A stretch of DNA of 64,000 bases, taken from positions 62,001 through 126,000 of the IMG/VR virus record IMGVR_UViG_3300034117_001582; one strand, written 5' to 3'. The notes below the pieces were generated by a model, which was given only the letters and a program-made list of their open reading frames with translations, made no database searches and was not told where the DNA came from. The translations under genes were made by a program, and so were the position numbers. This document shows positions 10,120 through 20,248 of the stretch, piece by piece (position 1 is the first letter of the stretch; the number at the start of each line of letters is the position of its first letter).

Positions 10120-10961
10120 TATGGGTTTACATATTCATACCAGATTATAGCTTCAGTGGCTAAAGAACCAACACCTACTCGTTGTCCCGTTGTTTCATCA
10201 TATACCTTATATTCATAACTACTTTGGTCAAAGGTTACTTTGTAATAAAATAATGATTCTTTATCAAAATTATAAACACCCGCACCTATTAATGTAGATT
10301 GTGGTTTATTCATCATTCTAACAAATTGTCCTTTTTTTGCGTTAAAAAATTTACATGACATATAGAATGTTGTTTGGTCCATATAATTTGGATTTTTTAA
10401 CCAATAATAGAAAAACCCTTCTTTATCTTGTCCTGTATAGTCTAAAATATATTTTGGTTTTTTAACTTGAACTTGTGTTGGATTAAAAGCGGGACCAATA
10501 AATCCAGGTTCTTTTAACCCTTGTTGTGTTGGTAAAATAACAGAAAACAATATCTTTTGTTTTTCATTAACTTTACTATCATAAAAATCTAATTTAAAAA
10601 AACTACCCTTAAATGAATTTGAAAAGTAATATATTTCAGAATCCGTAAATGTCGCATATTCATAGTCATCCAACCAATCAGTTATTGATGGTGGTGTGGT
10701 TATAAAATCTGTTGAAGTATTTGGATTAAAAAAATTAAATTGGTGGTAAATTTGTGTTACATCCGCATTTGTATCCCAAGGCGCGTGTGCAAATTTTGCA
10801 ATTTCAAAATCATCAACACCATTAATTAATTGTTGTAACACTTCTTCTTCATAGGCCTCAACTCCTTGGTCCCTACCTTCAGTATCAAATGATATTTCAA
10901 CAGGTATAATGATATCTTTATCATTAATGTTTAATGAAAATCTATAATAATTATTATTCAC
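10119..10961 (-). CDS. hypothetical structural protein
   Basis: 280-aa ORF coupled to its neighbours in the baseplate block. Confidence 0.5.
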   Translation of the reverse strand: MNNNYYRFSLNINDKDIIIPVEISFDTEGRDQGVEAYEEEVLQQLINGVDDFEIAKFAHAPWDTNADVTQIYHQFNFFNPNTSTDFITTPPSITDWLDDYEYATFTDSEIYYFSNSFKGSFFKLDFYDSKVNEKQKILFSVILPTQQGLKEPGFIGPAFNPTQVQVKKPKYILDYTGQDKEGFFYYWLKNPNYMDQTTFYMSCKFFNAKKGQFVRMMNKPQSTLIGAGVYNFDKESLFYYKVTFDQSSYEYKVYDETTGQRVGVGSLATEAIIWYEYVNP

Positions 10962-12705
10962 AATCGTCGTTTGCTGGTTGGTTTATAAGTGTCGTGTTCA
11001 CTTTATTTGTTCTTTGGATTGGTTTTTGTAAAAACAAAACACTTTTAAATGGGTAATGAGCCCCATTAATAAATGGGTAATCAACACCAAGTCCGTCACC
11101 ATCAATAAAACCGTAAGTATATAAATCTCTCCAAACAAAAGTGTCCTCATATTGTGAATACCAAGCATAAACAGGTATATTATCTACGGTTTCTTTAGAA
11201 CCATACTCGACATAATCACTAAAAACTCTAATGGGTATTGAGAAATGCGGTTCATAAACGTAACCACTTGGGTAATTAATTGTTGAGTTATCATAAAAGT
11301 ATGTTGGGTTAAAAGAGTATTTATGGTACATTGGTGATACCACATATTCTTTTTGTTCCATATAGTTGTACTCACAAAAATCACCTTTGATAACATCACC
11401 AACATTTAAAAAGTCGTTATAATAAAAGAATTGACCACTACCCGCTGGTTGTTCATATGACCCTAATGGTATGTTATCTTTGTTCGATAATGATGCGTGA
11501 TCCCACCAAGTATCTATTGAATTTTTTAAGAAATTAAACCCCCACCCAATATCTAAACCGGTTTGTGAACCATTTTGATTTATTGCTGGAGGGTTAAACC
11601 AACCCATATAACCACGTTCTATCATTGTAACAAAAAGTTCAATGACAGGTTTTCCATTATTATCTTTCAATCCGTTTATTGATACATCTTTATTAAATGT
11701 AAACGTAAAACTTTTACTACCTTCTTTTGTTGAGACCCTTTGAATTTGATTTGGCGTTAGTGCAGAATATTCTAATTTAGTTTTTTTATAAAATGGATTG
11801 TTTTCAAACCCTGCCTGTACAATATTACAATCTTCAGGGTTTGTTAATATTTTGTGTAATCTAACATAATATATGGACTTAGTTTCACCACTATTTTGAA
11901 TGTTTTTTATTCTTTTAAACGTACCAAAAGTACCTGTAGTGGTTTGAGCGGTGGGGAACTTAAGATTATATATACTAAAAACATTTTTTTCAGAACCATA
12001 ATTACCATTACCAATATCATAAACTTGAAACACATTTTTACCACCTAACCCATTTGGGTTTGATGGTATACTTAATTCTACCCATTCTCCCGCAGTTAAA
12101 TTATGGTTAGTACCACAAATAAAATAAACCAAACTTTTACCATTAAATGATGAGGTATCAATCACAAATGGTATACCATCGGACGCAATAAAATTGTTTG
12201 TTACGTTATAGTCTTCATTTGTATATGCCATCGCTTGTTGGGTATCACTACTAAACGCATAAGAAACATATGTCCCCCAATTATACGTTGTTGAACTTTT
12301 TGGAATAAATGTTCTATGTCCTGATACTGTCGCATCTCTTGTTATTGTAAATTCATCAAATTGTGGGTAACCTTCCCAAGCAACAGAAGGATTGGGTGGA
12401 ATGTTTGATGTCGCATTTGCAATAGCATTTGTATAATATAAATTATTTCTATAGGGTGAGTAAGTTGTCTTACCACTAACAATATTGTTAAATATGTTTG
12501 TTATTTTACCTGATAATCTAAAAACATCACTTGTTTGTCTTTCGGTATTGAATTGTTCGGCCAAATTTAAACTGACGGACCTATCACCCTCAACCATAGT
12601 TTTTCTATCACCAATAAGTGGTGCCTGAACCCATACGTCTTTATCACTATTCGATGCGTATCGTTTAGAACCTAATACTATTAATATTTCGTTTTCATTA
12701 GACAT
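10954..12705 (-). CDS. hypothetical structural protein
   Basis: 583-aa beta-rich ORF overlapping both neighbours. Confidence 0.5.
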   Translation of the reverse strand: MSNENEILIVLGSKRYASNSDKDVWVQAPLIGDRKTMVEGDRSVSLNLAEQFNTERQTSDVFRLSGKITNIFNNIVSGKTTYSPYRNNLYYTNAIANATSNIPPNPSVAWEGYPQFDEFTITRDATVSGHRTFIPKSSTTYNWGTYVSYAFSSDTQQAMAYTNEDYNVTNNFIASDGIPFVIDTSSFNGKSLVYFICGTNHNLTAGEWVELSIPSNPNGLGGKNVFQVYDIGNGNYGSEKNVFSIYNLKFPTAQTTTGTFGTFKRIKNIQNSGETKSIYYVRLHKILTNPEDCNIVQAGFENNPFYKKTKLEYSALTPNQIQRVSTKEGSKSFTFTFNKDVSINGLKDNNGKPVIELFVTMIERGYMGWFNPPAINQNGSQTGLDIGWGFNFLKNSIDTWWDHASLSNKDNIPLGSYEQPAGSGQFFYYNDFLNVGDVIKGDFCEYNYMEQKEYVVSPMYHKYSFNPTYFYDNSTINYPSGYVYEPHFSIPIRVFSDYVEYGSKETVDNIPVYAWYSQYEDTFVWRDLYTYGFIDGDGLGVDYPFINGAHYPFKSVLFLQKPIQRTNKVNTTLINQPANDDCE

Positions 12706-15700
12706 CTTGATTCAAAATGTATTTTGTGATATATCTGTTTATTGCGGATTTACCTTTACCTAACCCAAAATAGAAATGGTAAGGTGTACCAACTAAAAAT
12801 TTATTTGGTAATCCAGGTGTAAATGTCGGGTCATTACCTTGTGGGTTTGAGTTAAATATGAACCCCCTTCTACCTGTATTTAAATCATTAAAGTAAGGGG
12901 AATAAGGCGCTTGGTAAAAACTTAACGCTTGGTACTTTTCTTTATAAAACCCACCCCCTTGTAAGTTGGTGTCCCATTCATTAGTGTCACTACCAAAGAT
13001 TGTAGTTGTGTTTGCCAACCCCCATTTATAAAATGGTACTTCTTGTGTTTTTGGGAACCCATAATAGTTTGTGAGTATGGGTGAGAATGTTGTTATTCCG
13101 GGACTCACCATGACTCTGTTTTCAGTGCTAGAAGAAAAGAAAACGCCAACAAGAGCATCTCCAGTTCCACCAACATATAAATCAGAATCCTCATAGTTAT
13201 CATCACCAAACGGTTCGACACCATATTCTGAATTTATACTAAATAACTGAGCAATATCCCCATCAATTCTATCTTCAGTTCTAGAGAACATTCTATTTAT
13301 TGATGAGTCACCTAACCCTAACATTTGACTTAAAAAGCTGGTATTTATTAATCTAGATAGTATAAATAATTGTAATAAATCCGAAGTATCATTAAACGAC
13401 GTACTCTTAATACTCTCAATAATGTACCCATTAAAAGATGGGTTCGCACATATTTCTTTAGTAAATTCGTCTCTTGGCCCTAAATCCGTAACCGTTGTTG
13501 GAAAAAATAGATTCCTATCATTCATCCCTTTATAGTTAGCAGGTAATAACGAACCGTTAGGTAAGTTTTTCTTTTTAGGAAGTTGACCAATAAAGTCAGT
13601 ACCGTTATATGGTGTTGATCGGTAGAATAAAGAGTTAGTAGTTCCTTCAGTATAGAATATTGGTCCTTGACCCGGTCTTAACGTACTATCATAACTTCCA
13701 CAAAATTTATACTTTTTTGGTTGTCCTGTTATGTTAAATATTGTTTGTTTTTTAAACGCAAACATGTAAAGTGAACCATTAACCCAATTATTTTGAAATA
13801 CATGTGAGAATATTCCACGACAAGCTCCAAACACCATTCTAAACCTTGCTTTCCATTCGATAAAATATTTAAGGTCTTTTGGTATCGATATTAGTAATGG
13901 ACTATCAACAAAGTAATAACACCCACCTGTCATCCTTTTTCCGTTAGGGTTTTCAGAACACGGAGTATCAACTCCAAAATTGGTTCCACTTCCAGAATAA
14001 CACGCTAATGGTGTCATATTTTCACATTGTAATGTGCCTAAAACCGCATCAACAACCGCACTAGAAGTGTCGCCAGTTAAATCTTGAGCATTATTTGATG
14101 TGTCGGTAACCCCTTGAGATACAAATGGTACTGCGGTTCCGTTACCCTCTTCATCTATAATGTAGAATAAACAATTGTCATTTAAATGTAGTGAATATGA
14201 ACAATTACCACTCACTTGTACCTTATCCGATGTTGGTAATCTGTCAGACCTCAATACCAATCTATTATTATTAGTTATAGTAATGTTTGTAGATACTTGA
14301 TTGTGATATGCCGGTGAAAACGCCCTAATAACGGTACTGGTTAATGTTGGGTCGACCGGTACGTTTGTTGCAACATTTGAAGCTATCAAAGTACCACCCT
14401 CAACGCTTCCTTGTGGTGATAACGTATTATTACTCGTAGTATATTGGAATCCTATTTTATTATTTCCTGCGGTTGTTACCGGAGAATAGGCCCCTTGTGG
14501 TGAAGTAAAATACCCTAAATTTGCACTATCACCAGGAAACGCGACAAAATTATTTTGTGTCTTATCCGTTGAGTTGTAATAATATGCATTATTGTTTGTA
14601 AAAGCAGTAAACAATGTTGGGTCAACCGTAAATCCAAATGGTTGGTGAAATAAACTAAGATTAGTGTTATTTGTTACGTTTTGTGATTCCGGGGTTTTAT
14701 AGTTATTAAACCAAGCTCCTAAACCTGTATTTTTTTGTATAGGAACATTAAGATAATAGTCACCCTCAACTGATATTGTATTACTACCTAAAGAAAACCC
14801 AAAAAGCCTAGATAAGTCATATCTAATATTTTGTTTTTCAGTGTATGGGTCAACACCTCTATTTAAGATTATAATTTCTGAAGTATCAAACCCATCAAAA
14901 AGAGTAATAGGTGTCACAACCTCAGTTACACCAAAAGACCCCGTTCCATATGAGAATCGTTGTGTTTTTTTAAATAGATATGTATTTAACAATCCACCCG
15001 TAGTATTAGTTAGTCCTGAAAATTGGCTAACAGTTCCTCCTGTAATTACTTGGAAATACTCAACACCTGATTTATATTTATATTCTTTACCGTCTTGGCT
15101 TATTTTTAACTTTAATGTTCCCGTCTGTTCCGCACCACTAATATCTATCCATTTAAAAGGCACTTGTACTAAGTTAGTTGCGTTATATGGCGTACTACCT
15201 GTGATATTATTACTATTAAACTGATTTGGGGTTGTTAATCCGGTAGTATTTGTGTCGTTAATTAATGTAACATCGTAAAACGATATTATTGATCCGGCAG
15301 GTAAATCACTTAATGTTCCAGCATCACAGAATACGACAAGAGTACTATCCGTGAATGTAGTTGACGGGTCCACTGTAGTTGTGTTTGGTATGGTATTTCT
15401 TACCGTTGTTTGAATAATATTTTGATTATCAAAATATCTTTCTCTAATGTTTGCCATGTTCATTGATTGCGATAATTGAACATCCATACCAACAAATGGT
15501 ATTCCCCCCTGAGCCAACCATTGGGCTACAGGTGTCTTTATTATTTTATCATACCCGTTACCCGTGTTTTGATATTGATATCCAGCAAAAATTTGTCTAA
15601 TACCGTTATTAAAGTTTTCAGGATTACTACTGGCCGCGGCATTTACCGAATCATAGGTAGTAAACGAACTAATTGAATTAGTATCTGAAAGTTGACTAAA

Positions 15701-17563
15701 GTTAGTACTAGATATAGTCGTAGTTGCTCCAGAACCAAAAGCCCCTCCATCCCCCTCATCCAATGATAAATCTTGGCAAGGACATGCTTCACAATCAGGA
15801 TACGATAACATTGGTAACGCTATACGTTTAAATGGATTTTCTTTTGAAATTGGTTTTATTGCCGATTTTTTACAATCTTCTTTTTTCTTTTTTACTGATA
15901 TCGCAGCAATAATTAAACAAATCCCATATATAACAACGTTTATTATCCATATTATTAAATTTATTATTATACGAATTATAGGGTATAAAAACGCTAAAAC
16001 ATGTACAATTATTATTAATTGAACAAACGTTGGAGTTAATAACGTTATTAATATATTAAATAAGAAAAATAAAAAATCAAAATTTTTCACCCCATCATTA
16101 ACCGGAAATCTATTTGTTGTTGTCGTACACCCTCTATCTGTAATTTCTTTAATACCTAAATGTCTACTTCGGTTAAACCCCCATTTCCATCTATCCACAA
16201 AATTAGCAATAGTATATACCTTATTATAGTTAAACTCATAAAACCTATCTTCACAATTGACCGCCTCTTGTATCATCTGTTGGCCAATAGTTGTGCTTGC
16301 ATCCCCATATTCGTTCCAATCTAAACTAAATGCGTATGAATATAATTGGGCGTTTAAATCTGTTGGAGCATCATTAGCACCTGAAGACCATCCCCATTCT
16401 TTTATATTTGGTACTAAATAATCACCTCTCATGATGTCATTATTCATCCCATCCTCATTTTGATATTTGATTCTAAATCTATATTTTGCCTTTGTTGGTA
16501 TGCCGACAGCAGGGTCATTTGATAATATTTGTTCTCCAAATTCATTTGTGGTAACATAATCCAAGTTCATTGGTACTTCCGTTAACCATGTACCTTCATC
16601 ATCAATTATTTTACCCCCCTCAGGCAAACTATATTGTTCAAGTACAGGTCTACCATCAACATCGTAGTTAATAGTCTGTCTAATCGCCAAAATGGTACCC
16701 GAAGCAGAAACTAAATCACAAAGATTACCAGAATTTTTTTTAGGTTTACAATTTGTTTTTAAAAAATCCTCTTCACTTGTTGAAAATATTGACCCCATAA
16801 AAATTGCATGAGGTTTAATATCAATACCAAAATCACGAAGATCAAAGTCAGACCTTGTAATTCCAATATTACATAAATCGGTTTCACCCCAAAATGATGT
16901 CACGTCAATATCATTTTTAATATTAACTAATTGTGGTAGTGAACCTAAATCGGTTGAAGATTTAAATTGATCTCCGTTAAATTGTTCGGGACCCGCCAAA
17001 CCTGATCTAATAAAATCAGCGGGACGTAAAGAGAAACAACCTATGTTTGATAAGTCTAAATCTAATACTAATGTTTGAATCCCTAATGGTGCACCAATAA
17101 TCATAAAGTCACCACTTTCGTTTGTTTTAACCGTAAACTTGTAATATTTTTCGTATACCTCTAAAACTTCACTTCTTGTTAAAACATCCTCTCTATCAGG
17201 AAATGTTCCTGTTGGTGTGTGTCCACCATATTCTTGTCGATAAGGTAAAAGGTTATATCTATATCCGTCTTCATTTTTTTGGTCAACGGTTTTATATGGG
17301 TACAAGGTAGATATTACAGGGTCAGTTTCATCAATAGACTCTAAAGGTACAAATATCGATACGTTAGCGTTTGGTACCCCATAACCTCCGTTTACAATCA
17401 CCCTACCCGCAACAACACCATAATCGGCACAGAATCTTGTATAAACATCTTCTTGTCTTAATTTTAAGGATAATATTTCCAAAAAATCAAAATCTTGATT
17501 GACGTTTATTCTTATGTTTTTGTCTGTACCCGGTTGGGTTCTTATGCGATAACTCTTGGTCAT
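12698..17563 (-). CDS. large baseplate-region protein with an N-terminal carboxypeptidase-regulatory-like beta domain and an internal hydrophobic segment
   Basis: N-terminus contains GVVAGRVIVNGGYGVPNANVSIF; there is a ~60-aa hydrophobic stretch near residues 495-555; the gene lies directly after the gp6-like gene. Confidence 0.55.
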   Translation of the reverse strand: MTKSYRIRTQPGTDKNIRINVNQDFDFLEILSLKLRQEDVYTRFCADYGVVAGRVIVNGGYGVPNANVSIFVPLESIDETDPVISTLYPYKTVDQKNEDGYRYNLLPYRQEYGGHTPTGTFPDREDVLTRSEVLEVYEKYYKFTVKTNESGDFMIIGAPLGIQTLVLDLDLSNIGCFSLRPADFIRSGLAGPEQFNGDQFKSSTDLGSLPQLVNIKNDIDVTSFWGETDLCNIGITRSDFDLRDFGIDIKPHAIFMGSIFSTSEEDFLKTNCKPKKNSGNLCDLVSASGTILAIRQTINYDVDGRPVLEQYSLPEGGKIIDDEGTWLTEVPMNLDYVTTNEFGEQILSNDPAVGIPTKAKYRFRIKYQNEDGMNNDIMRGDYLVPNIKEWGWSSGANDAPTDLNAQLYSYAFSLDWNEYGDASTTIGQQMIQEAVNCEDRFYEFNYNKVYTIANFVDRWKWGFNRSRHLGIKEITDRGCTTTTNRFPVNDGVKNFDFLFFLFNILITLLTPTFVQLIIIVHVLAFLYPIIRIIINLIIWIINVVIYGICLIIAAISVKKKKEDCKKSAIKPISKENPFKRIALPMLSYPDCEACPCQDLSLDEGDGGAFGSGATTTISSTNFSQLSDTNSISSFTTYDSVNAAASSNPENFNNGIRQIFAGYQYQNTGNGYDKIIKTPVAQWLAQGGIPFVGMDVQLSQSMNMANIRERYFDNQNIIQTTVRNTIPNTTTVDPSTTFTDSTLVVFCDAGTLSDLPAGSIISFYDVTLINDTNTTGLTTPNQFNSNNITGSTPYNATNLVQVPFKWIDISGAEQTGTLKLKISQDGKEYKYKSGVEYFQVITGGTVSQFSGLTNTTGGLLNTYLFKKTQRFSYGTGSFGVTEVVTPITLFDGFDTSEIIILNRGVDPYTEKQNIRYDLSRLFGFSLGSNTISVEGDYYLNVPIQKNTGLGAWFNNYKTPESQNVTNNTNLSLFHQPFGFTVDPTLFTAFTNNNAYYYNSTDKTQNNFVAFPGDSANLGYFTSPQGAYSPVTTAGNNKIGFQYTTSNNTLSPQGSVEGGTLIASNVATNVPVDPTLTSTVIRAFSPAYHNQVSTNITITNNNRLVLRSDRLPTSDKVQVSGNCSYSLHLNDNCLFYIIDEEGNGTAVPFVSQGVTDTSNNAQDLTGDTSSAVVDAVLGTLQCENMTPLACYSGSGTNFGVDTPCSENPNGKRMTGGCYYFVDSPLLISIPKDLKYFIEWKARFRMVFGACRGIFSHVFQNNWVNGSLYMFAFKKQTIFNITGQPKKYKFCGSYDSTLRPGQGPIFYTEGTTNSLFYRSTPYNGTDFIGQLPKKKNLPNGSLLPANYKGMNDRNLFFPTTVTDLGPRDEFTKEICANPSFNGYIIESIKSTSFNDTSDLLQLFILSRLINTSFLSQMLGLGDSSINRMFSRTEDRIDGDIAQLFSINSEYGVEPFGDDNYEDSDLYVGGTGDALVGVFFSSSTENRVMVSPGITTFSPILTNYYGFPKTQEVPFYKWGLANTTTIFGSDTNEWDTNLQGGGFYKEKYQALSFYQAPYSPYFNDLNTGRRGFIFNSNPQGNDPTFTPGLPNKFLVGTPYHFYFGLGKGKSAINRYITKYILNQDV

Positions 17564-17635
17564 TGATCTTTTAAAAATAAATAGTTATGTTCCTCATTTT
17601 AAAAAATAAGTCATAACATTTTAAAATAAAGAATC

Positions 17636-19474
17636 TTATGAGAAATCTACAGTTGTTAGGTTTTTAACACGTACCTTGATGTCTTTATTTGTGTACCTAA
17701 CTTGATAGATTTGTGTCGGTTCAGAATAGATAGTGTCATCTATTAATTGAATCTGTCTTGTTGTTTTATCGACATATCTTTGTGACGTTTCAGATATTGA
17801 GTATTGACCACCAACTTTATTAAATACTTTAAGATCGGATAGTGTGGATACTCCAGCAGTGTTTTGAATTAATCTTCTAACGTCAGATACATTAACATTT
17901 TGACCTAATTCTCTATTTTCAGGAGCCATATAATTTGAAATACCGTTAATAATTTCGGTAATGACTTGTCCTTGATTTCTATCTGATTCTAACACAACAT
18001 AAATATCATACTCCAAATCAATTACTTTTGCAACATCAATAGAAATGTAGTCATTAATCATTCTATATTTTGAAAGATATGTTGCCAAATTACTTTTTAA
18101 GTTGTTAGAAACGGTTTGTGTTAATTTTCCAGTATCGTCGTAAGATAAAATTTGAATTGTAATTTTATTATTATTTTCAGTAATAGAGACCTTTGCAGGT
18201 GCACCAAACTTACCTGGCATTGTATCAATTAAAGATTTATAGTCATTAATCGTTACCGCCCTTTTTTGAGCAGAAAAGTTAAATGTTACCATATTTCTAA
18301 CTTCTTCTGTTGATGGGGGATTTGCACCCCCAATTGCCGCAGTAACATTATTAACACTTAAAGATTGTCTTACATTTGTATTAATACTATCGGATGGTCC
18401 ATTAATTGCAAAATCTAAAGTACCGATTTGATTAATAACCCCAACACCAACATTTGAACCTAAACCACCACCAATTCTATATTGAACAAATATGGTTGTG
18501 TTTGGTTGAACGGTTAATCCTAATCCTATGTTATTTTGGTAGTTTGCCAAATCTAATTTAATTCCGTTTTTAGCAAAATCAGTTAGTTGTTGTTGTGGTG
18601 TTGTGGTACCTCCACCAAATTGTATTTTTAAGAACCCTTCAGGTGTGTATTCGCTGATGAATCTATTTTCAGTTTTAATATATTTCCCAACTTTAACACC
18701 AGCATTGTCTGTTGGTTTTGTTGGGTCTTCGATAAATACCGTATCTTCAGCCAATGCGTCAACCTCATACCAACGACTTGTTGAATTAACAAAGTCAGAA
18801 TAAGTTGGAACATTAGGGTAACTTGTCCCTTCTTTTTGTATTATAGATGTAATACCTAAAACGTTTCTTTCAGGTAAGAAAAAATTAAAGAATGGTACAA
18901 CGTCAGATGAGTTAATAACTCTTTTAAACACTTTAGTAGTTCCATTAACAACCACTTCCCTTTTTGTGATTACATAATTAACAATCTTATTATTTGCATC
19001 AAAGGTTGGTATCTTTGTTCTATTAACAAAACCTTCAGGGTTATATTGTGTACTAAAGTCGATATCATATACTGTTTCAAATACTGTTCCTCCTCCATTA
19101 AATTGTGACCCTGCTCTTAAAATACCTAAATAACGGTAATCTTCACTATCCCCAAGTGGTGGTACCACAATAGAAACATCAACAACAGCAACAGATGGTC
19201 GATATCCTGGAATTTTTAATCCGTACGTTCTTGCGATATTATAAATAGATGATCTTTGTTGTGCGTATTGAAGTACGGTTTCTTGCACACTCCTATCTAT
19301 TTGATAATTTAAATTGTCGGCTACGGCAGCATTTAAATCCATTAAAACTGAAAATATCGAAGCGTCGTTAAAGTTTTGTACTAACTCAGGATAATACTGT
19401 TTAGTATAATTTATTAACTCTTGTCTTATACCTTCAAAATCCCTTTCAGTATAATTTATTTTTTTATTAGCCAT
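17636..19474 (-). CDS. baseplate wedge subunit (T4 gp6 / baseplate J-like)
   Basis: INYTERDFEGIRQEL, QYAQQRSSIYNIARTYG, IQFGGG, VQYRIGGG, AAIGGANP and AQKRAVTINDY. Confidence 0.9.
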   Translation of the reverse strand: MANKKINYTERDFEGIRQELINYTKQYYPELVQNFNDASIFSVLMDLNAAVADNLNYQIDRSVQETVLQYAQQRSSIYNIARTYGLKIPGYRPSVAVVDVSIVVPPLGDSEDYRYLGILRAGSQFNGGGTVFETVYDIDFSTQYNPEGFVNRTKIPTFDANNKIVNYVITKREVVVNGTTKVFKRVINSSDVVPFFNFFLPERNVLGITSIIQKEGTSYPNVPTYSDFVNSTSRWYEVDALAEDTVFIEDPTKPTDNAGVKVGKYIKTENRFISEYTPEGFLKIQFGGGTTTPQQQLTDFAKNGIKLDLANYQNNIGLGLTVQPNTTIFVQYRIGGGLGSNVGVGVINQIGTLDFAINGPSDSINTNVRQSLSVNNVTAAIGGANPPSTEEVRNMVTFNFSAQKRAVTINDYKSLIDTMPGKFGAPAKVSITENNNKITIQILSYDDTGKLTQTVSNNLKSNLATYLSKYRMINDYISIDVAKVIDLEYDIYVVLESDRNQGQVITEIINGISNYMAPENRELGQNVNVSDVRRLIQNTAGVSTLSDLKVFNKVGGQYSISETSQRYVDKTTRQIQLIDDTIYSEPTQIYQVRYTNKDIKVRVKNLTTVDFS

Positions 19475-19476
19475 AA

Positions 19477-19941
19477 TTAAATGTTAATTATTATAAATTC
19501 TCGACTACCAAACGCCTTATTTTCGTCGGTATAATCTATTTTTAATTTTGCAGTATACTCGGCGGTGTTAGCACCAGGTATTCTATATATACTAGCTTGA
19601 CCTAAAAGTTCATAATCAAGTTGACCAACAACATCCCCACTTTCAACGTAAGGTTCAACAGTAATACTATTGATTGTTAGGTTTGGTATGTATTTTTCAA
19701 CCTGTTCTTCAATTTCAGTCTTAATGCTTTCAAACGTTTCACCGTCTAAGGGTTCAAAAATAAATTCGTATATTCTTGTACCAAAATCAGGTAAATAATA
19801 CCTACTACCCCTTCTGGTTAATATAAGATGCAATAAACTAGACCTAATCTCCTGATCGGCAGTTTGGGTTAGTTTAACATAATTCCCTTCAACACTTTGT
19901 AAAAAAGGGAAATTTATTCCGTATGTAATACCATTAGACAT
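19477..19941 (-). CDS. baseplate wedge / sheath initiator (T4 gp25 / GPW-like)
   Basis: GINFPF...IRSSLLHLILTRRGSRYYLPDFGTRIYEFIFEP. Confidence 0.9.
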   Translation of the reverse strand: MSNGITYGINFPFLQSVEGNYVKLTQTADQEIRSSLLHLILTRRGSRYYLPDFGTRIYEFIFEPLDGETFESIKTEIEEQVEKYIPNLTINSITVEPYVESGDVVGQLDYELLGQASIYRIPGANTAEYTAKLKIDYTDENKAFGSREFIIINI

Positions 19942-19989
19942 ATTAAATAAATATAATGTGATGAATTTTCTAATAAATAGATATAAAAT

Positions 19990-20015
19990 AAAAAATCCTT
20001 ACGAAAGTAAGGATT
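19990..20015 (-). terminator. rho-independent terminator closing the replication block
   Basis: Minus strand AATCCTTAC-TTTC-GTAAGGATT is a perfect 9-bp stem followed by a T run. Confidence 0.75.
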
Positions 20016-20229
20016 CTTTAAGGTCTTTATTTCCTTTAATATGTGGCGGCCAATAACAACAATGTAAACATTTATTACCACAACAACTTCCTCTACCTTT
20101 ATGGTATTCTTCAGTCATAACCATTCTACCATCATTATTATAATAAAAGTCAGTAGGAAGGAGTTTAGGTCTTATAAACTCCTTCACGTACAACTCTTGT
20201 ATCCAATCTTTAGATGAGTTTACTGTCAT
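19999..20229 (-). CDS. DUF5522-like Cys/His-rich small protein
   Basis: FYYNNDGRMVMTEEYHKGRGSCCGNKCLHCCY matches the H-x2-RG-x-CCG-x2-C-x-HC pattern. Confidence 0.7.
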   Translation of the reverse strand: MTVNSSKDWIQELYVKEFIRPKLLPTDFYYNNDGRMVMTEEYHKGRGSCCGNKCLHCCYWPPHIKGNKDLKESLLS

Positions 20230-20248
20230 TTAATTATTTTTTATTATA

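Noticed and set aside
17564-17635. Three TTTTAAAA(A)TAA-like repeats as iterons or an origin
   Set aside because: The sequence is low-complexity AT with irregular spacing and cannot be distinguished from background.
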